From Candidatus Cloacimonadales bacterium (lineage in GTDB: Bacteria; Cloacimonadota; Cloacimonadia; Cloacimonadales; JAFGVF01): a DNA stretch of 64,000 nt. The notes below the pieces were generated by a model. That model worked only from the letters and a program-made list of their open reading frames with translations, did not search any database and was not told the DNA's origin. Positions 1 through 8,718 of this stretch are shown piece by piece. Where the stretch lies: the NCBI GenBank assembly GCA_963662585.1, contig OY759729.1, positions 512,001-576,000 of the forward strand. Reading direction: 5' to 3'. Position numbers and translations under genes: made by a program. The stretch's first letter is position 1. Each line of letters opens with the position of its first letter.

Positions 1-153
1 ATCGCTTATCCAAAGCAAGTTCTCTAAAGAAGCTACTTGGTAAGGATCTGCATTTGTTCCACTGCCCTCAGGTATTATTGCTTGGGCAAAAACTGATAAT
101 ACTAAAAAATTCAAAAATATAATTATCCCTACAATCTTTACTTTCATTCTCAT
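1..153 (-). CDS. Secreted GLUG-type/CTD surface protein, N-terminal fragment (runs off window start)
   Basis: Manual translation from ATG at 153: MRMKVKIVGIIIFLNFLVLSVFAQAIIPEGSGTNADPYQVASLENLLWISD. Signal peptide plus the G(S/A)GTxxxPY cap also seen in the 12376 and 15239 proteins; AGGTAGGA upstream. Confidence 0.75.
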   Translation of the reverse strand, partial: MRMKVKIVGIIIFLNFLVLSVFAQAIIPEGSGTNADPYQVASLENLLWISD

Positions 154-180
154 TATCCTACCTTATAATTATTTTACATC

Positions 181-195
181 ATTAACACTGTTAAT
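181..195. promoter_or_regulatory. Palindromic operator ATTAACACTGTTAAT (candidate TetR site)
   Basis: Same palindrome as at 62636-62650 and 63269-63281; lies between a minus-strand TTGACA (~226-231) and the ATG at 153. Confidence 0.6.
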
Positions 196-298
196 AATAC
201 ACCAACTCTAATTATAAAGTCTTTTTGTCAAGTTTGATATTTAACTTTGATAATGTAGTGTCTGGGTTAAAACTGAAATTTGCTTTAAATTCAAAGTA

Positions 299-1360
299 TC
301 ACATTCCCTTGGGAAGTGAGGGTATTTTATTGTTATCCTCTGAAAGTTGCTTATATAGATTAATAAAGCTTTGCCCTCCACCCATTATGCTTTGAGTAAT
401 CCCTTCTATTCCATAATGCTCTTTGATATGATAAACCATAAATAGACCTGTTATGCAAAGGTATTTATCCCAGAATTGCCCATAAGTCCCTTCATTAACT
501 GTATTTCTTCTAACTTCAATAGATTGAGATTCAGCAAAGATAACTTCCGCTTTTGATTCTAACATTTTAAATGCTCTTTCTTCCAAATCTTTAATATTCT
601 CACTTTGTTCATAAACTTGTGCAATTTCAGCCCCATAAGCAATAAAGTGAGCTATTCCTTCATTCAAAATTAAGGTAAGAACTTCCTCGGAAAAGCTATT
701 TTCATTCTTTTGCAGCCAATAGCTATTTGTATAATCTGAAAACAAGGCATGGAATATTTCATGGGACATTACATTTTTAAGAGTATTTACCCTTTGTTCG
801 GAAGTTTTGCCGTATGTTTGGGCTGCAATAGTTAGATTAAAAATGATAGCAGGTCTGCCCTCCTTAGAAAGCCTATATTTATCATCTTCCTCTGTATAGT
901 GAAAAGTCATTGCATCGCCCCACTCCCAGCCAGTTACGGCAAAGAATATTTCATATTTTTGCTGAGAGACATAAGAAGCAGGAAAGTACTTTTTAGCTCT
1001 GGCATAGACCTCTGCTTTAAAATCAGATTCATTGATAATCTTGATAAATTGAGTTATTTCCCTTTGATTAATTAAAATTTCATCAATGAGATAGTTTGGT
1101 TTAGGCAAGGAATCGTTTTGAGCAAACTTGACTAATATTGTGTCAAAGGGTAAGGCATTTTTTTCCTCTTGAAACATTAGTTGCTCCATAATTTGATTTC
1201 CTGGTAATCCACTGATTCTTAAAATATCTTCTTTCTTACTGCCACCCTTAACCCAGTTAAGAGTTGATTCAGCAGTTTCAGTATTAAGAATTATAGAATC
1301 TGAAGCTGATATATCATTAACTAGACACAAACTAAATACTACTAGTAAAATTAAAAACAT
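299..1360 (-). CDS. Secreted putative Zn-dependent protease (DUF5700/DUF2268-like)
   Basis: Signal peptide; HEIFH (HExxH) motif followed by NEGIA third-ligand motif. Confidence 0.7.
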   Translation of the reverse strand: MFLILLVVFSLCLVNDISASDSIILNTETAESTLNWVKGGSKKEDILRISGLPGNQIMEQLMFQEEKNALPFDTILVKFAQNDSLPKPNYLIDEILINQREITQFIKIINESDFKAEVYARAKKYFPASYVSQQKYEIFFAVTGWEWGDAMTFHYTEEDDKYRLSKEGRPAIIFNLTIAAQTYGKTSEQRVNTLKNVMSHEIFHALFSDYTNSYWLQKNENSFSEEVLTLILNEGIAHFIAYGAEIAQVYEQSENIKDLEERAFKMLESKAEVIFAESQSIEVRRNTVNEGTYGQFWDKYLCITGLFMVYHIKEHYGIEGITQSIMGGGQSFINLYKQLSEDNNKIPSLPKGM

Positions 1361-1454
1361 AAAACTTCCTTTTAATGAATTATCAAATAGTTATGATTAT
1401 CTAAACGATTTACACTTTAAGTCATAAAATTAAGAATGCTCTTTTTCATCTTTC

Positions 1455-2051
1455 TTACCCCTCAAAAGCAAAAATAGAGTTTCTAGTCCAATTAGCTATC
1501 TCTTCCCAATCTCTAAAGTCTCCTTCAGGTGCTTTAACCAGCTTGATCATCATTCTTTTGAAAAAGGATAGTTTCTTAGGATTTATTACTCCTGCAAATC
1601 TACCTTCACTAATAGGTTCTACTAATCCCCTTTCATAAGTCAGAAATTGCGGAACTTGATCTAGTTTCTCTTGATCAGTCGAGGTTAAATTCATACAAGT
1701 AAGAAAATAAAATACTTTTTTTGACTGTAATTGTTCAGCATTATTCTCTACGAAATTAGTTGCCTCTTTTTTCCATTTTCCTACATAGATAGGACTGCCA
1801 ATCATAATGACATCATATTCAGTAATATCCTTTACAGCATCTACTTTGCATAGGTCAACTTCATAATCTGCTTCTAAGATTAAATCCTTAATAAAAATCG
1901 CAACTTCCTCGGTTGAGCCTGCTTCAGAGGCATATATAACAAGTACTTTTTTCGGGTTTTTATTCATTTGAGTCTCCATAGCTTCAATTTTATTTTGGGC
2001 AAATAGGCTTGCTATTAGTGAAAACATAAGCCAAATTGTTTTATACTTCAT
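1455..2051 (-). CDS. Flavodoxin-domain protein (HemG/Flavodoxin_5-like)
   Basis: VIYASEAGSTEEVA FMN loop, IGSPIYVGKW, GDFRDWEEI C-terminus. Confidence 0.8.
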   Translation of the reverse strand: MKYKTIWLMFSLIASLFAQNKIEAMETQMNKNPKKVLVIYASEAGSTEEVAIFIKDLILEADYEVDLCKVDAVKDITEYDVIMIGSPIYVGKWKKEATNFVENNAEQLQSKKVFYFLTCMNLTSTDQEKLDQVPQFLTYERGLVEPISEGRFAGVINPKKLSFFKRMMIKLVKAPEGDFRDWEEIANWTRNSIFAFEG

Positions 2052-2664
2052 TTTCTACCTTTATTCCTTTCAGCTTAACAAATATTTCTATCATTTCAAT
2101 TGCCATAGCCATTGTTCTTCTTTTCAAAATGTCCAGATCGGGGAAAAAACTCCTACCTGTAACAAATTTTGCCATTTGGCCATGAATATAACTATTAACT
2201 GTATCTGTAATTTCCTCAGCTTCATTAGTTAAATCATATTCAGGATATATTCTCTCTAAAAATAGACAGAATTGCTTTCTAGGCATAAGAATTACTTGTT
2301 TTATCTTTTCAGGCATTTCTGCTTGAATCGGATCAAACCAAAGAAGAATATACCAACCTCTGTTGTTGATATAGAAATCTAAAAGACTCGCAAAGAATAC
2401 AGACATTTTCTCCTTAGAATCAAGCAGATTCTCAACGCTAGCCATTACGGTATCAACCATTCTAGTCATTATGGCTTCAATACAATCCCACTTTAATAAA
2501 CCGAGACTCTTGTAGTAATTATAAATATTCGGATGCGAACAGTTAAGTTTTTGAGCAATATCTCTTATCGTTACTTCACTTGATCCATTTTTTTCATTAA
2601 TTAATTCTAGGGTCGCTTCAATAATACTGTTTTTTGTAATTTTCTTTTTTATATTCTTTTTCAT
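2041..2664 (-). CDS. TetR/AcrR family transcriptional regulator
   Basis: N-terminal HTH VTIRDIAQKLNCSHPNIYNYY. Confidence 0.9.
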   Translation of the reverse strand: MKKNIKKKITKNSIIEATLELINEKNGSSEVTIRDIAQKLNCSHPNIYNYYKSLGLLKWDCIEAIMTRMVDTVMASVENLLDSKEKMSVFFASLLDFYINNRGWYILLWFDPIQAEMPEKIKQVILMPRKQFCLFLERIYPEYDLTNEAEEITDTVNSYIHGQMAKFVTGRSFFPDLDILKRRTMAMAIEMIEIFVKLKGIKVENEV

Positions 2665-2680
2665 TATGCCTATTTCCTTT

Positions 2681-2721
2681 ATTACCTTAGGTCATATTTT
2701 TTCTGTATCTTCCTGTGTCAA
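2681..2721 (-). promoter_or_regulatory. Putative promoter (TTGACA at 2716-2721) with imperfect palindrome ATGACCTAAGGTAAT (2681-2695), candidate autoregulatory operator
   Basis: Palindrome lies 17-31 nt upstream of the tetR start and downstream of a consensus -35. Confidence 0.4.
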
Positions 2722-3114
2722 TTCCTTTTTAGTCTTTTTTACTAGATCTTATTTAACTGCTCTCCGCTTTTTCTTCCTCTGCACTTGCAATGCTCCATTT
2801 CACACATCTCAGTAATTATTTGACTTTTATATGTTATGTCTGTTGAGGAGTAGCAAGAGAGCAAGGAATGAAAAGAAGATATCCAATAAATATTAAGTAA
2901 AAAGAATGAAATCAAGCAAAATAATACAAGTATTACTTGACTGATAGGATAAATGCTATATCCTGTCATTAGATTACAAATATATTCTTTTTTATCTTCT
3001 TTAAATGATAATTATTTATCTATTATAGTTAGATATTAAAGTTTATTAAGCATTAACATCGAAATTAAATTATTAGTAAATATGAACAAAAAAAATAAGA
3101 AGAAAAAAGGAATT

Positions 3115-4266
3115 ATGAGTTATTCAACAGAAATTATTCTGAGTAAAAGTGCTATCAAAAATAATATAAATTTTTTACAGAAACATTTTAAAAACAAATT
3201 ACGCATCTCATCTGTCGTTAAAGCAAATGCTTATGGACATGGTATTGAAGAATTTGTCCCAGTAGTTGAGTCTTGCGGTATTAACCATTTCTCTACATTT
3301 AACTATGAAGAAGCTAAAAGAGTCAGGAAAATAGTAAAAGCTGAAACAGATATCATGATAATGGGTTGGGTAGATCCTAAAGATTTAAAAGAAGCAATTA
3401 ACTCTGGCTATGAGTTCTTTGTGTTTGAGATGCAGAGACTTACTAATGCTCTTAAATATGCCAAAGAGCTTAATATAAAAGCGAAGATTCATATTGAAGT
3501 TGAGACAGGGTTAAACAGAACTGGTTTTAGTCATAAAGAATTTTTAAAGGCGATTGAGATAATTAAAAATAATTCTGAATATTTTGAAGTTAAAGGACTT
3601 TGTTCTCATTTAGCAGGTCCTGATAGTATTGCTAACCATGTAAGAGTAAAGAGTCAGATCAAGAAGTTAAAATCATATAAAAGTGAAATTATAAGCTTAG
3701 GAATAAGACCAGAATATTGTCATATAGCCTGTTCAGCTGGGGCAATAAGTTATCCTGAAGCAAGATTTGATTTAATCCGGATCGGGATTATGCAATATGG
3801 TTTTTGGTCAAGTAAAGAGACCTATTTAAGATTTATGAGTACAAGAATAAATAAGCATGACCCACTTAAGAGAGTTATCTGTTGGAAATCTAAGATTATG
3901 ACTATTAAAGAAGTTAAAATTGGTGACTTTATTAGTTATGGGACTTCTTATGTTGCTTTTGAATCTAAAGTTATAGCTATTGTACCTATAGGTTATTCAA
4001 ATGGTTATAGTAGATCTTTGAGCAATCATGGTAGAGTTCTAATTAACGGGGTTCCCTGTAATGTCATTGGATTGGTAAATATGAATATGATAATAGCAGA
4101 TGTTACAGATCTTTTTAGTGTGAATGTAGGTGATGAAGTTGTGATAGTTGGTGAGCAAAAGAATCATATTATCACTGTGGATTCTTTTAGTGAAATAAGT
4201 CAGCAAGTTAACTATGAGATTTTGAGCAGAATACCTAGGGAAATTCCAAGACTTTTAGAAGATTAG
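3115..4266 (+). CDS. alr: Alanine racemase
   Basis: VVKANAYGHG PLP-lysine motif, ETGLNRTG, ISYG, PIGYSNG. ATG at 3115 follows AAGGA (ORF open from 3082). Confidence 0.95.
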   Translation: MSYSTEIILSKSAIKNNINFLQKHFKNKLRISSVVKANAYGHGIEEFVPVVESCGINHFSTFNYEEAKRVRKIVKAETDIMIMGWVDPKDLKEAINSGYEFFVFEMQRLTNALKYAKELNIKAKIHIEVETGLNRTGFSHKEFLKAIEIIKNNSEYFEVKGLCSHLAGPDSIANHVRVKSQIKKLKSYKSEIISLGIRPEYCHIACSAGAISYPEARFDLIRIGIMQYGFWSSKETYLRFMSTRINKHDPLKRVICWKSKIMTIKEVKIGDFISYGTSYVAFESKVIAIVPIGYSNGYSRSLSNHGRVLINGVPCNVIGLVNMNMIIADVTDLFSVNVGDEVVIVGEQKNHIITVDSFSEISQQVNYEILSRIPREIPRLLED

Positions 4267-4301
4267 AAGATTTAAATTTCGTGTAAATTTGAATGATAGA
4301 T

Positions 4302-4326
4302 AAAAGCCCCGCTAGCGGGACTTTTT
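4302..4326 (+). terminator. Rho-independent terminator after alr
   Basis: AAAAG-CCCCGC-TA-GCGGGA-CTTTTT hairpin with T tract. Confidence 0.7.
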
Positions 4327-4342
4327 AAGTTTGTCAGGGATA

Positions 4343-5822
4343 CACCCCCTGTGTCCCCCTCATAGAAGGGGATTTGTAGGGGCGTATTGCCATACACCCA
4401 TTAGAAAAACACCCCGTCTGCTTCGCAGCCACCCCTCTTTTAGCGTGCTTTCAGCACTAAAGAGGGGAGTTTAAGAGGTTTAGAACGCGAGGTATTTAAG
4501 TCCCTTCTGGTGAAGAGGGGTGCCTGCGCAGCAGGCGGGGTGTTGAAAATGTACCAGATTAAACTTCCATCTGCACATCTTTTAGTCTGCCTTTACAGAT
4601 TTGCTCCAGAGGAGCAGTTTCTTGGTAGCCTTGAATTAGTTAAAGAAATCCCATCGCTCCGTAGGTGCGAAGATATACAAATTATCATCATTAAAGCTTA
4701 AAATAAATAGGTTTTTTTTATCATAATCTTCATTGCCATAACATAAAAAGCAATTCGCACCTACGGAGCGATTGTTTTTGTGGGGGTGACCTTTGTGCTA
4801 CCAAGAAATAGCTCCTCTGGAGCTAGAAATTAGCACTTCAGACTTAAGTACCAAAAATAGCGGTTGAAAAGTGTGAAAATCCCTCTTCTGCCGGATAGTG
4901 GAGATTCTCTCCGCTGTGAATTGATAAATAGCAGATGAATAGTGTCTAAACTGCTTAAAAATCTTGAAATACCAGTGTCTAATGTGGAAGCAGAGACGCT
5001 TTCTACTCCATAAAAGAAAACACCCCCTGTGTCCCCCTACGGAGGGGGATCCCTCTTCTGTCGGATTGTGGACAACTTGTCCGCTGTGAATTGATAAGTA
5101 GTAGATGAATAGTGTCTAAGCTGATTGAAGATCTTGAAATCCCAGTTAATGGAAGCAGGGACGCTTCCATTCCATAGAAGAAAACACCCCGTCTGCTTCG
5201 CAGCCACCCCTCTTTTAGCGTGCTTTCAGCACTAAAGCGGGGAGTTTAAGAGGTCTAGAATGCGATGTATTTAAGTCCCCTCTGGTGAAGAGGGGTGCCT
5301 GCGCAGCAGGCGGGGTGTTGAAAATGTACCAGTTTAAACTTCCATCTACAATTCCCGTGGAAGCGGGGACGCTTCCATTCTATAGGAATCACCCCCTGTG
5401 TCCCCCTCGCGGAGGGGGATTTAAAAAACACCCCGTCATCTTCGATGCCACCCCTCTTTTAGCGTGCCTTCAGCACTAAAGCGGGGAATATAAGATTCAC
5501 GGACTTAAGGTCCGTAACCCCAGTTAATCACTAAAGAGGGGAATTTAAATTGTAATAATCCCTCTTCTGTCGGATTGCATGCACCCTTGCATGCGAAAAA
5601 CCTTATCAAAATCTTATATTATCTTAAGAAGAAACACGCGAGGTATTTCAGTCCCCTCTGGAGAAGAGGGGTGCCTGCGCAGCAGGCGGGGTGTTGAAAA
5701 TGTATCAGATTAAACTGCCATTTGTGTACCAGTTTAAACTTCCATCTACAAAAAATCCCCATGCAAGCAGGGGGTGCTTCCATAGGAAGCACCCCCTGTG
5801 TCCCCCTCGCGGAGGGGGATTT
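4343..5822. repeat. Mosaic cluster of GC-rich REP/REPIN-like palindromic modules
   Basis: Repeated hairpins: CACCCCCTGTGTCCCCCTC-GCG-GAGGGGGA (4 copies, some degenerate), AACACCCCG...CGGGGTGTT inverted pairs (4408-4544, 5183-5319, 5427-5695), a ~140-bp module twice, a GTAG-type REP (4376-4399) and a nested inverted-repeat element (4603-4823). The same modules recur at 54399-54540 and 56848-57492. Confidence 0.9.
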
Positions 5823-5829
5823 AGGAAAT

Positions 5830-8493
5830 CTATTTTTGCAGAAGCATTTTTCTTTGAATAGTATTCTTATCAGTTTTTATTCTATAGAAGTAAAGGCCAC
5901 TAGCTACAGGTCTATTTTGAGCATCTGTGCCATTCCAAACTACATTTTTGATACCTACAGATACTTGGTCATTAAGCAAAGTTTTCACTAATTGACCGCG
6001 TAAATTATAGATTTGCACATTAGCTTTACCAGCTTGAGGCATGTTAAAACTAATAGTAGTCTCAGGGTTAAATGGGTTTGGGTAATTTGAAGCAGTAAAT
6101 TGATTAACTAGGCTGATATCATTATCTTCATTACTTACAGGTATTCTTTCAAAGATAGAAATATCATCAAGCATTACGAACAAGCCAGCAGTTGAGACAA
6201 CTTGCACAGCTATTTTTATTTCTCCATTGTTATTTGGTAAAACGAAAGATAATCTAGTCCATTCTTCATCAGCTTCTAGTGGTGTTTCATTTAAGGAAAC
6301 AAATTCATTATCAGTCTCTTCAGATGCATAAAGTACATTGAACAATTCGCCATCTTCTAGAGTACCAAGTACACTTAAGCTTAGGATTTTCTCTCTAATA
6401 TACTCGTCAATAGGCACAGCAAGAGAAATAGAAGGAGAAATTAACCAATCATCATTAGCAACTTCTGAATCATTAGAAAAGGCTGCCGCAACTTTAAATC
6501 CGGAATAAGCTTCAATTTCCCTTATAAAAGGAGTTGTTTCAGCAGGATTAAAAATCATAAAGGCTTTTTCACTATCTTGGTTAGGATAATCGTAATAAGG
6601 TATATATTTGGTTACTTGATTATCATTATCTATGAGTTCCCAATCTCCAAAGCTAGTGGAGAAGTCAGAGTAATCTTCAAATTGATCAAGATAATCAGCA
6701 TCACTTTCTATATTAAAATAGAAGTAACTATCATAATTTTGGAAGTTAGTATATATTCTAACCATAATTTCATTTAAGCCAGAATATTGATTATTTTCAT
6801 AATGTTCAGTAGTAGCATTAAAGGAGTAATTATATGGTTCAGAAAGATGTACTTGCTGTGTCACTCCATTGATAAAAATCTCAATCATATCGATATTCAT
6901 TTCAGGAATTGAAGTATAAACTTCTAAATCTAAATTTATTTCATCACCAACATGAAAATATTGATTATTCATAAGATTAGGAATTGTAACTTCAGGAATA
7001 TAAGCACTATTATCTGAGAAATTAAAACTAACTACTCCACCTGTTTTAGTGATATTAGTGAGTCCTTTTGAGATATCATAGTTTCCCCATGAAGGAATGG
7101 CAGGAGAGCTATTGTCTGTAAATGAAGTAACAGAATAAGTAGGGAAAGGAGCATAGGAGCTATTAACACTACCTTGAGCAGGAACTATATAAAATCCTTG
7201 ATGAGAAGTTGTATTAATATTATTCTGATTTAGGTGAGAGCTTATCCAGTTTTCATCGGCATGATAAACTAATAATCCATTGCCAGGAACACCTGCATTA
7301 AAGCCTGTTTGCTGAACATTCTCTAACATTATATATTCACCATTAACAGGGGTATTAAAGAAGTAAACAACAGGATTACTTGTACTACTTGGGATTGTAA
7401 TGTTACCATCATAATAGAGTTCTTGTGGTTGAACCCAACCGTAATAAGTTTTACTCCACATATTATGGTGAGCAGGCCTGTCTCCTCCACCATTATAAGC
7501 ACCTGAGCCCATGATATCCCATTCACCTGTACCATCTTGACTACCATTTGTTTGATAATCAGTATCATAGAAATCAGGAGTTCCGAGATTATGACCAAAT
7601 TCATGACAAATAACACCAATACCTGCCATTGACCAATATTGCTTTTCTGCTTGCATGGTGTAATCTGATATTTGAACACCATCTAAAGTAACATAATATC
7701 CACCACCTACTAAAGAAAAGCTATGAGACCAGATGTCAGAGGTATCGCCTGTAGTTTCTTGTCCCTTACCTTGATGATAGATAGCAACGCCATCAACACT
7801 GCCATTACCATCATTATCAAATTGAGAGTAATCAATTAGAGGATCTGCAGCATAGACAGCATCACGAGCAAATTCAGCCCAACGAGATTGAGGTCCATAA
7901 TAATCATGATTATTTGGAACAGTTACCCAACCTATGACAGTTGTATTAACAGTAAGCTGACCATAGGATACTTCTAAATAATACTGTTTGAAACTTCCTA
8001 CTCCACTGTAATTATTTTGATTCATCATATTATTGAAACTTGATTGGGAGTATGTAGTGTTAGTATCAGTAAAGTTAGCTAAAATAAGCAGTAAGTTATT
8101 CTCACCAGTAGTTGGGAAACCTCCCATCCGAGAAGAAGATCTTAGTTCATTAGCTAAATTAACTTGAGCCTGGCTATAACGAAGATATTTAGGGATTGTG
8201 TTTAAGAATGAGGTCTCGTCAATTGTTCTGTTTTCAGGGTCATTTGCTAAGACTTCAGAAACAACTAAATCACCGTCTTGATCTTTAATTGCATAATATT
8301 TGCTCTTATCCTTGTTTAAAAGGGTATAGCCATCAGAAGTTTCAGACCAGTTTAATCTTTCATCACCTCTAACATAAATTTCTAAAGTTGTGCCATCAGC
8401 TTGGGTATAAGTCGTTAAATAAGGAGCTGCGGGAACAGCTAATAATCCATAGCAAGTAAGTATTGCTATCACTATAAGTATAATCCTCTTCAT
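5830..8493 (-). CDS. M6 family (immune inhibitor A-like) metalloprotease with cleaved-adhesin-like domain and FlgD-Ig/T9SS-like CTD
   Basis: Signal peptide; QADGT propeptide; CHEFGHNLGTPDFYD; WDIMGSG Met-turn; DDWLISP; C-terminal NYPNPFNPETTI...RKMLLQK. Confidence 0.9.
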   Translation of the reverse strand: MKRIILIVIAILTCYGLLAVPAAPYLTTYTQADGTTLEIYVRGDERLNWSETSDGYTLLNKDKSKYYAIKDQDGDLVVSEVLANDPENRTIDETSFLNTIPKYLRYSQAQVNLANELRSSSRMGGFPTTGENNLLLILANFTDTNTTYSQSSFNNMMNQNNYSGVGSFKQYYLEVSYGQLTVNTTVIGWVTVPNNHDYYGPQSRWAEFARDAVYAADPLIDYSQFDNDGNGSVDGVAIYHQGKGQETTGDTSDIWSHSFSLVGGGYYVTLDGVQISDYTMQAEKQYWSMAGIGVICHEFGHNLGTPDFYDTDYQTNGSQDGTGEWDIMGSGAYNGGGDRPAHHNMWSKTYYGWVQPQELYYDGNITIPSSTSNPVVYFFNTPVNGEYIMLENVQQTGFNAGVPGNGLLVYHADENWISSHLNQNNINTTSHQGFYIVPAQGSVNSSYAPFPTYSVTSFTDNSSPAIPSWGNYDISKGLTNITKTGGVVSFNFSDNSAYIPEVTIPNLMNNQYFHVGDEINLDLEVYTSIPEMNIDMIEIFINGVTQQVHLSEPYNYSFNATTEHYENNQYSGLNEIMVRIYTNFQNYDSYFYFNIESDADYLDQFEDYSDFSTSFGDWELIDNDNQVTKYIPYYDYPNQDSEKAFMIFNPAETTPFIREIEAYSGFKVAAAFSNDSEVANDDWLISPSISLAVPIDEYIREKILSLSVLGTLEDGELFNVLYASEETDNEFVSLNETPLEADEEWTRLSFVLPNNNGEIKIAVQVVSTAGLFVMLDDISIFERIPVSNEDNDISLVNQFTASNYPNPFNPETTISFNMPQAGKANVQIYNLRGQLVKTLLNDQVSVGIKNVVWNGTDAQNRPVASGLYFYRIKTDKNTIQRKMLLQK

Positions 8494-8718
8494 ATATCAT
8501 CCTTCCTTTTGATATTTATTATTTTAAGCTACTTTTTTTTTCTATCACTTTTATGTCTATGTTTTTTTATCTATAAACTATTTTATTAATAACAATTTAA
8601 GCAATTATAAAAAAAAGCTAAATTTTATTTTTAGATTCTTTGATTTTGCGATTAAGAATTTCTCTTGCCAAAGTTTTAACTCACTATTAAATGTCTATCA
8701 AAATAGAATGAGGTAAAT

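Noticed and set aside
2742..2969. 75-aa minus-strand ORF
   Set aside because: No SD or recognisable family; overlaps a degenerate hairpin repeat.
4510..5991. ORFs 4510-4701, 5285-5479 and 5722-5991
   Set aside because: They translate palindromic repeat DNA or overlap the M6 protease antisense; no SD or protein motif.
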